Assembly: GCA_030141605.1 (NCBI GenBank)
Contig: JAQGDQ010000093.1
Coordinates: forward strand, 310,001-374,000
Direction: 5' to 3'
Source: Tubiluchus corallicola
Lineage: Eukaryota > Animalia > Priapulida
Length of the DNA stretch: 64,000 nucleotides
The translations under genes and the position numbers were made by a program. Under the pieces are notes generated by a model. It worked only from the letters and a program-made list of their open reading frames with translations. It was not told the DNA's origin and ran no database searches. Shown here piece after piece: positions 1 through 14,000 of the stretch (the first letter of the stretch is position 1; each line of letters opens with the position of its first letter).

Positions 1-784
1 GCACATTGTCAAAATCACATTTGAAGTTGTTATTGAGTCACTTTGATATGCTTGAGTTTGAACGCACACAGAAAACTGTGGATAAGAACCAAACAGCTAC
101 AATAAATCTTTGCATTTCACACAATGGAAAAGTATTTATTTTACTACAGAAACATGAGTAGAAAAACTGCTGCATTGAACATTTAGGAAAACTAGAATCC
201 AAACCAGTCAGTAAAACCTGTTTCACAGCCAAAATTCATTTGTCGAACTTATATTATGCAACTTGCACAGGCTTCACAATAACCATTAATTTAAAATAGG
301 GGAGGACCAGTATGTATGCAGTCACTGGACCATACAATTACACTGAAGGAAGTTATAGTAGAATTTAACAAGATTAGCACCTAGATGGCAGCACCTTAAT
401 ACAATGTACAAATATCAGCTTCCACACGTTTTGTGCAGGGTTGCTTTCTTCAGGTTTGCCTTTTCAAATTTCTTGAGAAAAATGCTATTAAAGTTAGCCA
501 TTGTTTTTTGTTGTGTCTATACAAAACACTTAGCAACCGTATGAAGGTGTGCTTGCTATGGATTTTACAAGAGCATATTGAAAGTACAGTTAAATCCAGC
601 AGATGGCTCTTCCTGACGCAGATCTTGGCTTGTTAACAGAAAAAACCGGAAGCAAAATGGCTGCTTAAACAAGCTACAATCGGAATTAGAAAATACAAGT
701 TTTTCACAATTGCAGTGCTAATTTCTAGACAGAAAAGTGGGTAAGGAGTTATAAAATTAGATTTGTAGTATTTTTTGACATTTT

Positions 785-1361
785 CAGAGGAACGAATGAA
801 ATCCTTCGTTTTTTTCACAAAAAACGTCACTTAACTCAAATAAAAAATTATGGTCCATTTAATCAAAATACACGTAATTTACTTCACCTAACTCAAAAAT
901 GCAATTTGTATTCTAAAAAAAGTTTCGTGCAACTCAAAAACAGTAATGTCTTCCGGGAAAATGCTGGTGTCTTACAAGTTGCGCCCCCGAATTATTTTCT
1001 CCGGGATTGATCTTTCCTGGAAACTCAATCGGAGACACGAAGATAACTGAATACCTAACGGAGAGTGTGTAAATAACTGAACAATTTGAACTGCAGTACG
1101 TAAGACATTGGTAGCCCCACTGTCATATTGTTTAGCAGTGTTGTGTACGTGTCGTTTTGTAACATAAAAAATCATGTTTCACTACATAATTTATTATTCT
1201 TTACGTAATTGTCATCAAATCTCGCCGTTTGTGTATAAAAGGATTGATTACTGCTTTCTATTTAGCTTGCCATCTGGAGGAGGGCTTTAGAGTTTCTATC
1301 GTGGTCGCCAAACTCAGTTTATTTCCTGTCTGATTGGATTTGAGTTATGCGGAGTTTACTG
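785..1361. mobile_element. MITE family B, partial
   Basis: Collinear with ~30950-31543. Confidence 0.72.
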
Positions 1362-1588
1362 GAGTTCCTACTAAATATCATTTCAGGAAAAATAGCTTTG
1401 CAGAATTGTTAAAAATGCTTTTCCTTGGCCTCTCAACCACAGTAGAGCATCAACAGTACCATTAGTATCACGTGGAGGTATATTATTTGTTTGTGCTTAC
1501 CTCATTCTAAAAAAACTCGTAACTTCACCCCAAAGTAAACTTATTGAACTTTTGATTTTTTGATGTCCAATTATTATCGTTACCATAC

Positions 1589-1687
1589 CTTGCAAAAGTC
1601 GCACGTTCCACAGTCGACTGTACGGTAGCATGCGGAACACTCGCCGCACGTTCGACTTGACTTCTTCTTCGCACGATCGTTGCTCAT
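1589..1687 (-). CDS. CXXC1: CXXC1 exon, first half of CXXC zinc finger
   Basis: KKKSSRTCGECSACYRTVDCGTCDFCK with canonical splice sites. Confidence 0.93.
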
Positions 1688-4600
1688 CTGCAGAGACCAG
1701 GAAAAACATGACATTAGTCGTTAAGGTTAATGAACATGCAAATTTATCAAAATATTTTTTGGCCCAATAAAAAGCACCAAAACCGACGTAAAAATTGACA
1801 AAGGCTGGACAACTGGGCTTTAGTCAACCGCATGCAAACCAGCGGCTAGGTAACCGTATTTACTCATGATTCAGAATAACAAAGAGGCTGACTGACTAGC
1901 TGAGACACTGGCTGCATAACTGAGTTGCATAATTGCCTTACCCTTGATCGTTTATCAGATTTGCGCTCGTCATACTGGTGCTGCTGCCAGTCACTTTCAC
2001 TTCCGCTGTCAGTGCGCGACGTGATGTGCCGTTGCAGGCCGTGACGTTTCAGTTTCTTGTAATTGTAACGGATCTGCAAGGCTGGATCAGCATCTGGAAG
2101 ATGAATGTTAACACAAAGATGTGTTATCCTCCAGTAGGGTTCTCACAGAATTTTAAAATAAATTTTCCTGACTTTTCCCTGACCAAATATTGATTTTCCA
2201 TGACCAAGATAAGCAGAAATTGCATTACCAGTACACGTATTCAAATATTTTTGTGAATGGACATTCATACATGTACTGATATGTAATGTGTTGGCCAATC
2301 ATTATTTTTGAAACAGAAATTGAAACTGGGAACCTGCCATAGCAAAATTTTATTTGAATTACTGAAACACGAATTACTGAAAAAATATCAATTCACGGTG
2401 ATTATTTTTGCAACTCTTTCCACTTTCCCTGACTTTTTGCCCTATTTTCATCATTTTCCCTGACTTTATATAAAATTAGCTTTTTCTCCTGACTTTCCAG
2501 GACAATCTGCATTTTCAAGAATTTTCCCTGACTGTGGGAATCCTGTCCAGTCAACTTACGCATATACATCCGATTTAATAAACTAGTTAATTAATTAAAA
2601 ATAAATAAATAGATTAATTACAACACAGTTTAATGATTTTTTAATACATACATTGGTTGATAAAGAAACGTGATGGTTTAATAACTGAACGCGATTTTCA
2701 AATTTTGCAAATTTGTTATAATCTTGTTCTTGTAATTCGACATCACGATTAATCTTTTGCAACAGTTTTTAAATATTTTAGCCATATTTTTCTATATTTT
2801 AGCTATATTTGCAGTGAAATATAGCCTATAAATTCTTCACAGCTTCGTCACTGTCTGTCATTTTCGTACTCGGAAACTATTTTTATAGGCACATACCTGT
2901 TTTCATTAAGTACTCTATGACTACGTCACTACATGTCAACGAATTTGAAGCGCAGAGTTTGCAACACTGTGCTTCACAATTCTGTGCATTGTGAAAGATG
3001 AGAAAAATGAAGAAAAAAAGCAAAGATCGGTTAATTCGTGCTAAAATACTTCCCTTCAGTCAGTGTGTAACACGTATATTTTGATTTCGATTAATTGAAT
3101 TACTGTTCAATCGTCGCATAAATTTATTTCTACATGGCTGTAATCTCGATTAATCTATTAATCGCCCGTCACTATTTACTCCATGTGCAGCCAATTAGTT
3201 CTAATGTGGGTTGGGTAATTAGTCACGTCAAATTTTCGAACGGGAACATTGAAACTAAAAAAATCTTTAAGCAGTTACAGACTCCATCAAAACAGTCCAT
3301 TTCTTAGCATAGTGACATAACAGTCCGTTTCTTAGCATAGTGACATACAGAAAGGAAATGGCACCATACAATGGGTGCTATGCAGTATATAACTGTGCAG
3401 TACAGAAAAAGTCTTTTTCAAGTGTCTATTGAGCAGATTGTACTATATAAAAGCATTTCTATAGCAACTGCAATGGTTGTGTATGTGGAAAAGTTATAAA
3501 ACAATGCATAAAGCATAAAATAGTACTTTAGGCCATAAACTATACCAATTATTAATTTCCAGTCAACCTGTGTTTTTACTTAATTAATAAGCTTGTTTCA
3601 TTGTTATGTTGACACTAATTGTACTTGGTATCTTTCATACATTGTGTTTGTGTCTCTGTAACCAGAAGACTTTATTTCAGTTCTACTGTCTTGTCCAAGA
3701 GTTGTAAAACAAATGTGTGCGTGCAAACCAAAATCATCCATAAGTCGGTATAGTTAAAACTACGTTATGATGCTTCAAAGTAGAAAGCACCAAAAATTTG
3801 TTGGTCAAATGTTGATTTTTTTGTTTTTTATAAAAACAAATGCTACATATGTTGGACATTTATATTCTAGCATCAAATTATCAAGAAAATGTTCAAAAAA
3901 CTCCTATAGTAGCTTGTGGAAGCAGTCATTTTGCTTCGTTTTTTTTCTGTTGCCAAACACAGATATTCGTCAGAAAGAGCCATCTACTGGATTTAAGCAT
4001 AACAATATGTTCTTGCAAAGTCCGTAGCAACCAACATTTGTGCGGTTGCTAAGTGTTTTGTAGAAACTCGACAAAAAACAATGACTGACTTTAACAGTGA
4101 TTTTCTCAAGATTATGTTTTTCAGTGTGTAGCCTGCACCTCAACTTCAACGTAGATTATCTCAGCTTAGAAATAACATAGAACGATGAACTTGGTAACAA
4201 AACGATCCTCATGAAATGGAGATTCGGGATATGTGAATAACTAGAAAAGCTTAAATGCAGACTTATGGACGATTTTGCTATGCTAAGCACACATATGTTT
4301 GAGCCAAATACTAATTTTTTGCCAGAAGCATTCAACTGCCTAAACAATCAAGCAACACTACATACTTCTGTTTAGAACATTGATGTAGTGTACTTATGTG
4401 ATAAATATTACATTGTATGTTTAAAATGTACAAAAAAACCCTTAATAATCCTAAGCAAAGCCTAGACAAGCCACTTAGATAGAGGACTGTTCTATAAAGC
4501 TGTCTAAATTCTACATAAAGACCACAAACCGTATAACCAATAACACTTGTGTAAAACAAAAGGCTACAACACAAGTACATATGCACACATAGCTCTGCTA

Positions 4601-7600
4601 CATCTGCATAACAACGTCCAAAAAAGTCTGTAGTTAAAAAATATAAATCCACAACAAACTGACCACAATACCTATAACTAAAATATTGACATGACAAAGT
4701 CTACCAGCTACCACATTCAGTGCACTGTACTGAGCACTCATGAATATGATATATAAGATGATTAAACATACTACTACAGTATATACTAGAATACCTCTCA
4801 TACAGTACCAACCAGGTTTATTAATCACAGTTAAAAATGAATTTTCAAACTTGAATCCTTCAAACTGGACAAAACTTGGCTTCTTTCAGTGCTGGAGGAT
4901 ATGTGACATTGGGATTACAAGTGTGTCAGAAAAGCTCCAGGACAGGTGTCACAAAATATGTATTTCAAATCTAAACTTGTATACAGGTTTAATGGCGGGC
5001 ATATTATTAAGAATTTTCTTCTCCAGTTTGTAACTCCTTCAAACAGGTAAGGGCAATGTAAAGTAATATAACTTTGCACGGAACATTCTTTGGGAGGTAA
5101 TTTAAAATTCTGTTTTCTTTGGGCTTAAAGCAATTTTGAAAAGTTACATAAGTTGGCAATGTTCTATCTGTCTGTTTGTCTGTCTCTCTGTCTGTCTACC
5201 TACCTACCTAACTACCTACCTACCTCTCTACCTACCTACCTACCTATCTATCGTTCAAAGACCTTTTCAAGCATTTCCGTGCTTTCGTAAACGTCTAACA
5301 ACAAATACGCATCAAAACAATTACAGCAATCAGCACAAAATGACGTAACAAAATGCTATGCGATACATTCTATACCATATAAAATTTTCAACGTTTTAAA
5401 TTAAACTCGAATAGGAACAGTGAAATGAGGGGCACTGGAAACATCATATGAGTTCAGTGTGCTATCAGTAAAAGGGGGCAGGGGGCACAGAAAACAATAT
5501 GATTTCTGGGTGCTATCAGTAAAAGGGGAGCAGGGGGTACAGAAAATATAATATGAGTTCTGGGTGCTATCAGTAAAAGGGGGCAGGGGACACAGAAAAT
5601 ATAATGACTTCTGGGTGCTATCAGTAAAAAGGGGCGCATGAGGGCACAGAAAACATAATATGAGTTCTGAGTGCTATCAGTAAAAAGGAGGGTAGGGGGC
5701 ACAGAAAATTGGGTGCTAGTATCGGTAAAGATACTAAGAACACTACTCTATACAATAATTCAATACAATAACTTCTGTTGTCCAAAGCATGCTGTAGCCG
5801 AGCGTAAACCTCTGGGCAGCTTTTATACGGTTCATCGATAATCATGTCAAAATAATTTAGGCTATGCATTTCATCCTCTATAGTTACCAGTCAACTTAGT
5901 GTAAATCTCACTATTGTTGTTATGCCATATCAAAACTTATATCCTGACCCTTTTACCACAAAACTTATCAAACAGAATTTAGCTGCAATGTTCATAAAGG
6001 AATTTGCATCTTTATTTCCATTCTAACTTGCCAACAGACAAATTAAAGGATGATTTTTCATATACTATCCCATTTAGAGGTTCGATAAAAGTATACATTT
6101 TGACACAGTTAATACTGCAAAAGCATTTCTGATAATTAAATAATATATTAAAAACTTAATTAACGATGGGCGAGCCCAACTATCGATGACATCACAAACT
6201 AACATAATTTCAAACAGGAGCGATTTAATTTTCAAATTTACTGGCGTACTCACACATGAGCTGTCGAACATGTGTAGTTCGTCGCAAACTAACACATCTG
6301 AACTGAGAGGTACAGCACCTCAATTTTGTGCAATGCATTTCCGAAATGCAGGTGCTAATGCTCGTCTAACTAGTGAATGGTGAAATGCACGGAAAAGTGA
6401 AGAACTAGTGGCACGAATGTGAAATTGTGTTTGTGTGGTAATAATTGTTTCATGTAAGTCATTTTTGAAAAAAATGTATGTTTTCTTTCAATATGTTAAA
6501 GAGAAATGACTTACAATTTAAGACTGGGTCCAATTTTGCTTGAAGAATTTTGCTATGGGTATAAGTTAGATTCACCACTGAAAGATGTGCTTCGTATAGA
6601 ACTGGACCACTAGTTTTAACAATAGTTATTATAAGCAATTATAGTCTTCACCAGTGATTAGTAGCAGAACTAATAACCATATTAACTATATTGATAGTAT
6701 TAACTATGTTACTCTTGTTACACAGTAATGTTCATATTTATTGCAACATTTTTTGTACATTGTGGTCACCACTGTTCTGCATCTGTCTAGCATTTGTTCC
6801 CACTAGGGGAGAACATATATCAGATATGATGCATCTTCAATAATTATGTGAACTAACAACCACGGCACTGAAAGTGGTTGCAGTTTCCTTTAAAGCAGAA
6901 AATGTAACTTGTAACTACAATGCAGGTACAGAGAAAGAAAATAAAAAACATTAAACACAGATCATATAAACGTTTAAAAATTTAATGAAAACCCTAAAAA
7001 AATCAAGTGAAACAAAGATAAATTAAGACAAGACAATAATAATAAAATGCCTACAGGGAGGACCAATGAAACGGTCCCAAATGACTGCTACTTACTCCGG
7101 CAGTCTTCGCAGTAAAAATGTTTGATGATTTTGGATTTCTCCTGCGATACGTTGATGCAGTCTCCATGAAACCACTCGTTACAATTATCACAACCTCTGA
7201 AATTACATAATAAAACGGCAAATTAATTAACTAATAAATCTTGGTAAAATCATCACAAAACTGATATGGCCAATTACGTTATCTAATAAATTATGACTCA
7301 TAATTTATTAGCTAATTAACAAATCAGCCAAACAGTAGCTAGTGTTTGGTGAATTTTTGTTAAATTGATTAATCAGTCAACCTTTAATAACAGTTTAAAA
7401 CACAAGAGAACACTCTTCATAAATAAAGCTTAAAATTTTGTATCACTCACATGTTGTCTTATTGCATACAGAGTTTGCAACAATGCATACTGTATTTGTT
7501 TAAAGTTTATTACAACTCTTGGAACCTGATGGTTAAATTACATTTAAAAGACATTAATTTAAGTTAAGATTAATCTTATTAAGATTTATTATTATAATAT

Positions 7601-10600
7601 TTCGTGTCACAGTGTAAAAATGAACTTACTGCTGATTAAAAAGTGCATATGGTATAAAACTACTTTTAAAACGTTCAGTACGGCAAAGAGGTAAAGAGTA
7701 CATCAGTTGTTCACGAAAATTGTGCTTATTACTATTATTATTATTATTATTAACATTACTATTATTATTATTAATATTATTATTACTATTATTAGCAGTA
7801 ACGACATATAAAATTACAAAATTTACACTGCTGTGATGACCGTTAGACCTGATAACATTGCGTAAAGTTTTAAAAAATAACCAAAGCATTCGTACCGTAA
7901 ATTTCTCTAACTAAGCAAAAGTTTAAATTACTTTATATTGTCAGTAAGATCAATAATATAATTTTTGGTGAGTCAGTGATGCACACTGGGATAGCAATGC
8001 AGCAATAAGATCAATGATATAATTTTAGTGAGTCAATGATGCACACTGGGATAGCATGGCAGCAATAAGACCAGTAATATAATTTTTGGTGAGTCAGTGA
8101 TGCACACTGGGAAAGCAATGGAGTGTCGTTTTTTCAGGTGGCTCGAACATTTCAAATTATTAGGAATTTCCTTTTCTAATTACATGAGTCCTTCAGACAG
8201 GTAAGCATAAAGCTGAGTAATATAACTTTGTATGGAAAGGTTTATGTGACTTACTTTAAAACTTCCTTTTCTTCCACTTTAATAATCGTATTATGTTGCG
8301 ATGCTTACTTATCCTTTTACTTTACTTACTTTTACTTATGCCTTACTTATACTTTTATGCAGTTTGACACTTTGCTAGCAATTTGCGGCACATACTCCAG
8401 AGAACCAACCAAGACTATACGGTTATGGTAAAGCCACACCTATTTCATTATGAAGGACAATCTTTAAGATGAGATACTGGACCAGCAGAGGTGTCGCAGT
8501 AACATTCAAAAGCACATAACTAATTAACTATGCAGCCTCTATGAAGTAAATACCCAGAAGCATGTGAAACTCCCAAAATGGGTATTCCATGGTCATACAT
8601 CCAGTTGCTAACCAGGTTTGGAATTGTTTAATTTTCAGGACTTCCCTAAGCACACAGGGCAATTGCGCGGGTTGGTTTTTATGCACAAAAATGCTTATAA
8701 GCTCTCATCCAGACAGGAGAAAAGAAATTAGAGCATATCACTCAATTTCGATCTAAAAATCTATTTGTGTCAAAGATCAGTTTATCAGCAGCTTACGATG
8801 TGTTAATGTTTCATTTCAAAACTCAAGGGTAAAAAGTGTAATTTAAGCAAAATGTATTATTCTGCTTATTATTTAATTCTGGCATTTACAAACAATGAGA
8901 TATCTGAGATGGACATAATCTCTAATTTAGATAAGACTGGCTTTAAAATGTGTTAAGATTTCCCATTGTTCTTCTTGAACAAAGATTTGATTTGCAATAG
9001 CGGCGACAGTGAATGCAATTGTAATCACTAACAATGGAAAAGAGGATAACAATGGTGGATAACAATGACAATGATGATACTGATGATAATGATTGCAATT
9101 GTAATCACTAACAATAGAAGTGTGGATAACAATGACGATGACTATACTGGCGACAATGATTGAAATTGTCAACCACTAACAACAGAAATGAGAATAACAA
9201 TGGTGGATAACAATGACAATGATGATACTGGTGATAATGATTGCAACTGTCAACCACTAACAATCGAAATGAGAATAACAATGGCGGATAACAGTGAAAA
9301 TCACAAAAAGTAGAATAACAGCTTTCAGTACCGGTGCAAAAAACTACTCTCTGACATGAAGTCACTATTGATAAAAATTTATTTTGACACTTTTTTGGAT
9401 CTTGTGACTTCGGCATTTGACTTTTTCAACCAATAATCAACAGAGTTCCAGTTGTTGCCCAGACCTATCCTGTGTCAAATTTGGTAACTATAGCTTTATC
9501 AATCTTGATTTTTTTTGTGGCACAGACGCATGGATGCAAAAACTTTGATATTTTTTATCTTAGGGGGTGCGATCTTCATCTTTGACTTTCGACATTTTTT
9601 TTAATCTCGTGAGATGTGAGCTTGACCTTTGACTTTTTCATTTTTGATCTTGTGAGCTGTGACCTTGACCTTGGTCTTTTAACATTTTTTGATCTTATGA
9701 GTCGTGGCATTCATCTTGACTTCGTCATTTTTGGTCTTGTGGGTGATGACCTTGACCTATGACTGCCTTTTGAGGCAAAAAGCAAAGTTACAGTTGCAAT
9801 AGGCAACAAAAACATAATTTGATTACAACAACAAATCTTAACTGATCAGACATTTAAACCACACTGCTGTACCAAAAATCCAAAAGAGAGTTAAATTGGC
9901 ATTTTGCCACAAACATGTAGCAGACAACGGTGCAACAATTTTGCCAGATTACGTCAGACGCAGCGCACGGATGCTGTAAGTGCACACAATAATTAACAAC
10001 AAACTGTTCATTATAGGTAATTTAAACAACCAATTAATAGTACCATGTGAAGGACCTTCAAGGACAGATGACATGGAAACACCAGACGGCTAATTGATGT
10101 TCTAGTTCAGGTGATATATACTGGTAATTATAACTGATTTATTTGGAAAAAAGAACTTTTTCAAAAAACCTGGTGCACGAAAACTGGCAGCGTGCAAAAA
10201 TGGCCAAAACTGGAAAAAGTTTTGTCATCATAAAATGATTACTGTATGTAGCTAGTGAATTACTAGCGTCAACTGTGTAGGTTTGGTAATTTTGTAATTT
10301 TAATATCCAGCCATGAATGTGCAGTTATCCAAGTCAACAGATAAACAGCAAAAAGCATTGATTCACATGTGTGCATTTAGTACAACACAAGCAAATTAGT
10401 GAACACAAAAAACGAAATAGCACAACTTTCATTAGAAATGCACACGTTCGGACCTAATCTACTATCCCATGTGTCAAAGCAAGTGCGATATTGTTTTTTC
10501 CTACTTACATCATAAAACGGGAGGTATCGTTGGATCGACATATGCAGTACAGGGTGCCCTCACCAGCAGGGGGCGGCAGATCCGAGTCGATGCTCCGCAC

Positions 10601-10983
10601 GATCTGAGCCACCTTCGCTTGCCGCTCCGGTAAGGCAAACTTCCGCAAGATGTCGCCCTGTTGCTGGAAAAGAGAAAATTAAGAATGTAGTAAAACTATT
10701 CTTAGAATGAAACATTTTCATTTCGAAGGGAATAGAAATACAATTCCTAGTAACTAAAAATGATTTGAAGATAAAAAAAGTCAACAGTTAAAATGGATGC
10801 GTGTTTAAAAGAATAAATGTGTATTGAAAAAGGCACATAAATCAGGGAAAGAAAATTGCATTATACAAGATAAATCACTGACTCATAGTGGAAATTAAGA
10901 AAAAGTGTAATAAAGAGAGAAAGAGTGAGAGAAAGAGGGAGGGAGAGGGAGAGGGAGAGAGACAGAGAGAGCGAAAGAGAGAC

Positions 10984-11031
<48 letters not shown>

Positions 11032-14000
11032 TGAGTGAGAGAGAAAGGGAGAGAGAGGGGGAAAGAAGGAAAGAGGCGGAGAATAAAGGTAAGCGGAAAC
11101 TGAAGGTCGATTAAAGTGAAATAGAACGTACTCATTCAAGCAATTAATTAACCAATGAGTGCATCAATCAATCCAATAATCAACGTAAAACCAATCGATC
11201 TGTCAATAAGTTGGCAGTCAGTCAATCAGTCGGTCGCAAAATCTTTTAACATAAGCAATCAATGAAGTAATCAATCAATAAATATCCATCAATCAAGCAG
11301 TCAGGCAATTGAATCCACCAATCAAATAAGCTTACAAACAACTAGACAACTAACAAAATAACAAACCAAGCAACCAAATCACAGCCAACTAAGCCAACAA
11401 ACCAAGCCACGGCCAACTAAGCCAACCAACGAATCAACCAACCATCTAACCAACGGATCAACCAAACAACAAACAAGCAAACAAAAACAAACAATAAAGA
11501 CAACAAATCCGTTACCTACGAAACAGTTATTATCCAGTTAATCAGTTATATATACACTTATTTAACTCACGAATTAAATGAAAGCTTTTGCCCTACTTAC
11601 ATTGCTAATATCATTCATCATTATAATCAATTTTGTCACATATTATTTCCAACTTCAGAAATATTTAACCACCCACTCCTTCAACTTTTACCTCTGCCAT
11701 TCACGTGAGTGGCGCAGACCAGTCAGCACTGCAGGAGCTCTAATTTCAGGTCGTTGTCTTACTTTCACGTTCACCCAAGCGAAGTTGTTTTCACTTTAAT
11801 AATGGGTCAGAATTTCCGTGTAAAATGGCAGCCCCAGACCAAAGAAAGGGGGGGTGCAAACGCAGCCGTGTGATCTCTGACATTAAAACGACCTTTGCCA
11901 CAAACAGGGGCTCAATATATAAAGCATATGACACAGGTTAACCAATGCCATAGTTGCCAGAGTGGCAACAGCGACAGGGCGGAAGTTGGAGGGGGTGTCT
12001 GGCATCCGCCATTTAAGCATTTCACCTGGTCTGTGCAACCAAGAGCAGAGAAGCAAAAGCAAAACGTGTGAGAGGCTAAGCTTTTCAGTTGCAAGATCCT
12101 AACCTACCCTCAAGCAATTTCACATACAGAAAGAAAGTTCAATAATGAACCATTGAATGTGTGCTGTACTCTTACTTACAACCATAGACCATGACTTATG
12201 ATATTCGTTACATTTTACGCCAGTGTGTAGTGCATATAATAATTATATGTCATAAAGACAAATGGAAATTTGGGAAACTTGGGTAAAATTTTCAAATTGT
12301 AATGTTACTGATTAGGCATTTATAAGTATCAAATAAATAAAGCACTATCAGCAATTAACACTGTGATCATCAGCATCATCAATGCATCATTATCATCATC
12401 ATCATCACCACCACCACCAATACTATTATCACTACTGCCACTACCACCACCACCACTACCACCGTCAGCATCATCACCACCACCACCAATACTACTATCA
12501 CTACTGCCACCACCACTATCACCACTACCACCATCATCGTCATCACCACCACCACCACCACCACCACCAATACTCTTATCACTACTAGCACCATCATTGT
12601 CATCACCACCACCACCAATACTACTATCACCACTACCACCATCACTGTCATCACCACCGCCACCACCAATACTACTATCACCACTACCACCATCACCACC
12701 ACCACCAATACTACTACCACCACTACCACCATCAGCATCATCACCACAACCACCAATACTACTACCGCCATCAGTGTCATCATCACCACCACCACCACCA
12801 CCAATAGTACTATCACCACTACCACCATCACTGTCATCACCACCACCACCAATACTACTGACACCACTACCACCATTAGTGTCATCACCACCACCACCAT
12901 CAATGTATTAACGTGTTCCATACATAATCTTGGTCCAGTAATGGATATGAAACGCTTTGAGCGGTTATGAAGAATTATGAATTTATTTGAACCTGTTGCA
13001 CAGTGTTTTGTATTTAGAGATGCCGGATTTGTAAAGACAGAATTATCAATTCACCGTCATTGTTAAGTACCAGCCATTATGAGCCCAAGGCTACCGCAAA
13101 AAGAGAATACAGCAAGCTGATAATTAACAGATAACAATAATTACCTGAGATAGGTGTTTTAAACACCACTCAGGTGACTAAACAGTGACCTGAGGCAAAA
13201 GCAGTTGTCAGTAAATAAGGTTATATCACCTGCTGTGTCAATTTAAATTTACATAAAGCTTATACTTTGCCCAGTGCACAGTTTTTAGTCCTAAACTTTA
13301 TTATTACTTCATTGGCAAGATTTGTCCAAAAGCAAACAGTGTCATGTGTCTGTGTGTCTTGAGTGTCATATGGGCCCACTTATAAGATTTAACACAAAAT
13401 TATAAATATGGTTCAGTTAATCAACTTAACTAGTCACACCATTAGGGAAAACTGGATGAGTTTTTACATGCTGCTCCATTTTAAAGTAAGGTAAACAGTA
13501 CATTTTAACATCTATAATAATGCCAAAACATTTCTGATGATTAAATAACAGGTTAAAAACTTAAGGCTGGTGAGCCCAACTAGTGATGGCATCATAATTA
13601 AACATAATTTTCGACATTCTATGCGCATGTTGTAGGTGTTTGCAAAAGTGAAAATTGAAGTACAGTGCTACTGTAAAATATTCAGTGTGTTGTAGTAAAA
13701 CTAGGCAAGTGCTAAGATGAAAACTCAAATTTCAAGTTTACCGCTGTGCTCAGATGTAAATGCTCATGTGTGCACTATGTCACAAATGAATACTTCTGAA
13801 CTGAGAGGTACTTCCGAGATGCAAGCTCAAGTGACCATTTAACTAGCAAATGATGAAATGTACGTAACAGGAAAGAATTAGTCGCGTAAATGCGAAATTA
13901 CCTTTCTATGGTAATAATTCTTTTACGTCATTCTTGAAAAAATAGTATATTCCCTTTCGATATTTTATACATTAGATTGTTTTCCACTGTAGTTTTAATA

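Noticed and set aside
10861-11139. SLSL ORFs
   Set aside because: (GA)n microsatellite.
12363-12921. Poly-Pro, poly-His and poly-Val ORFs
   Set aside because: By-products of a CAC/CAT trinucleotide array in CXXC1 intron 1; open on both strands, with no convincing gene structure.
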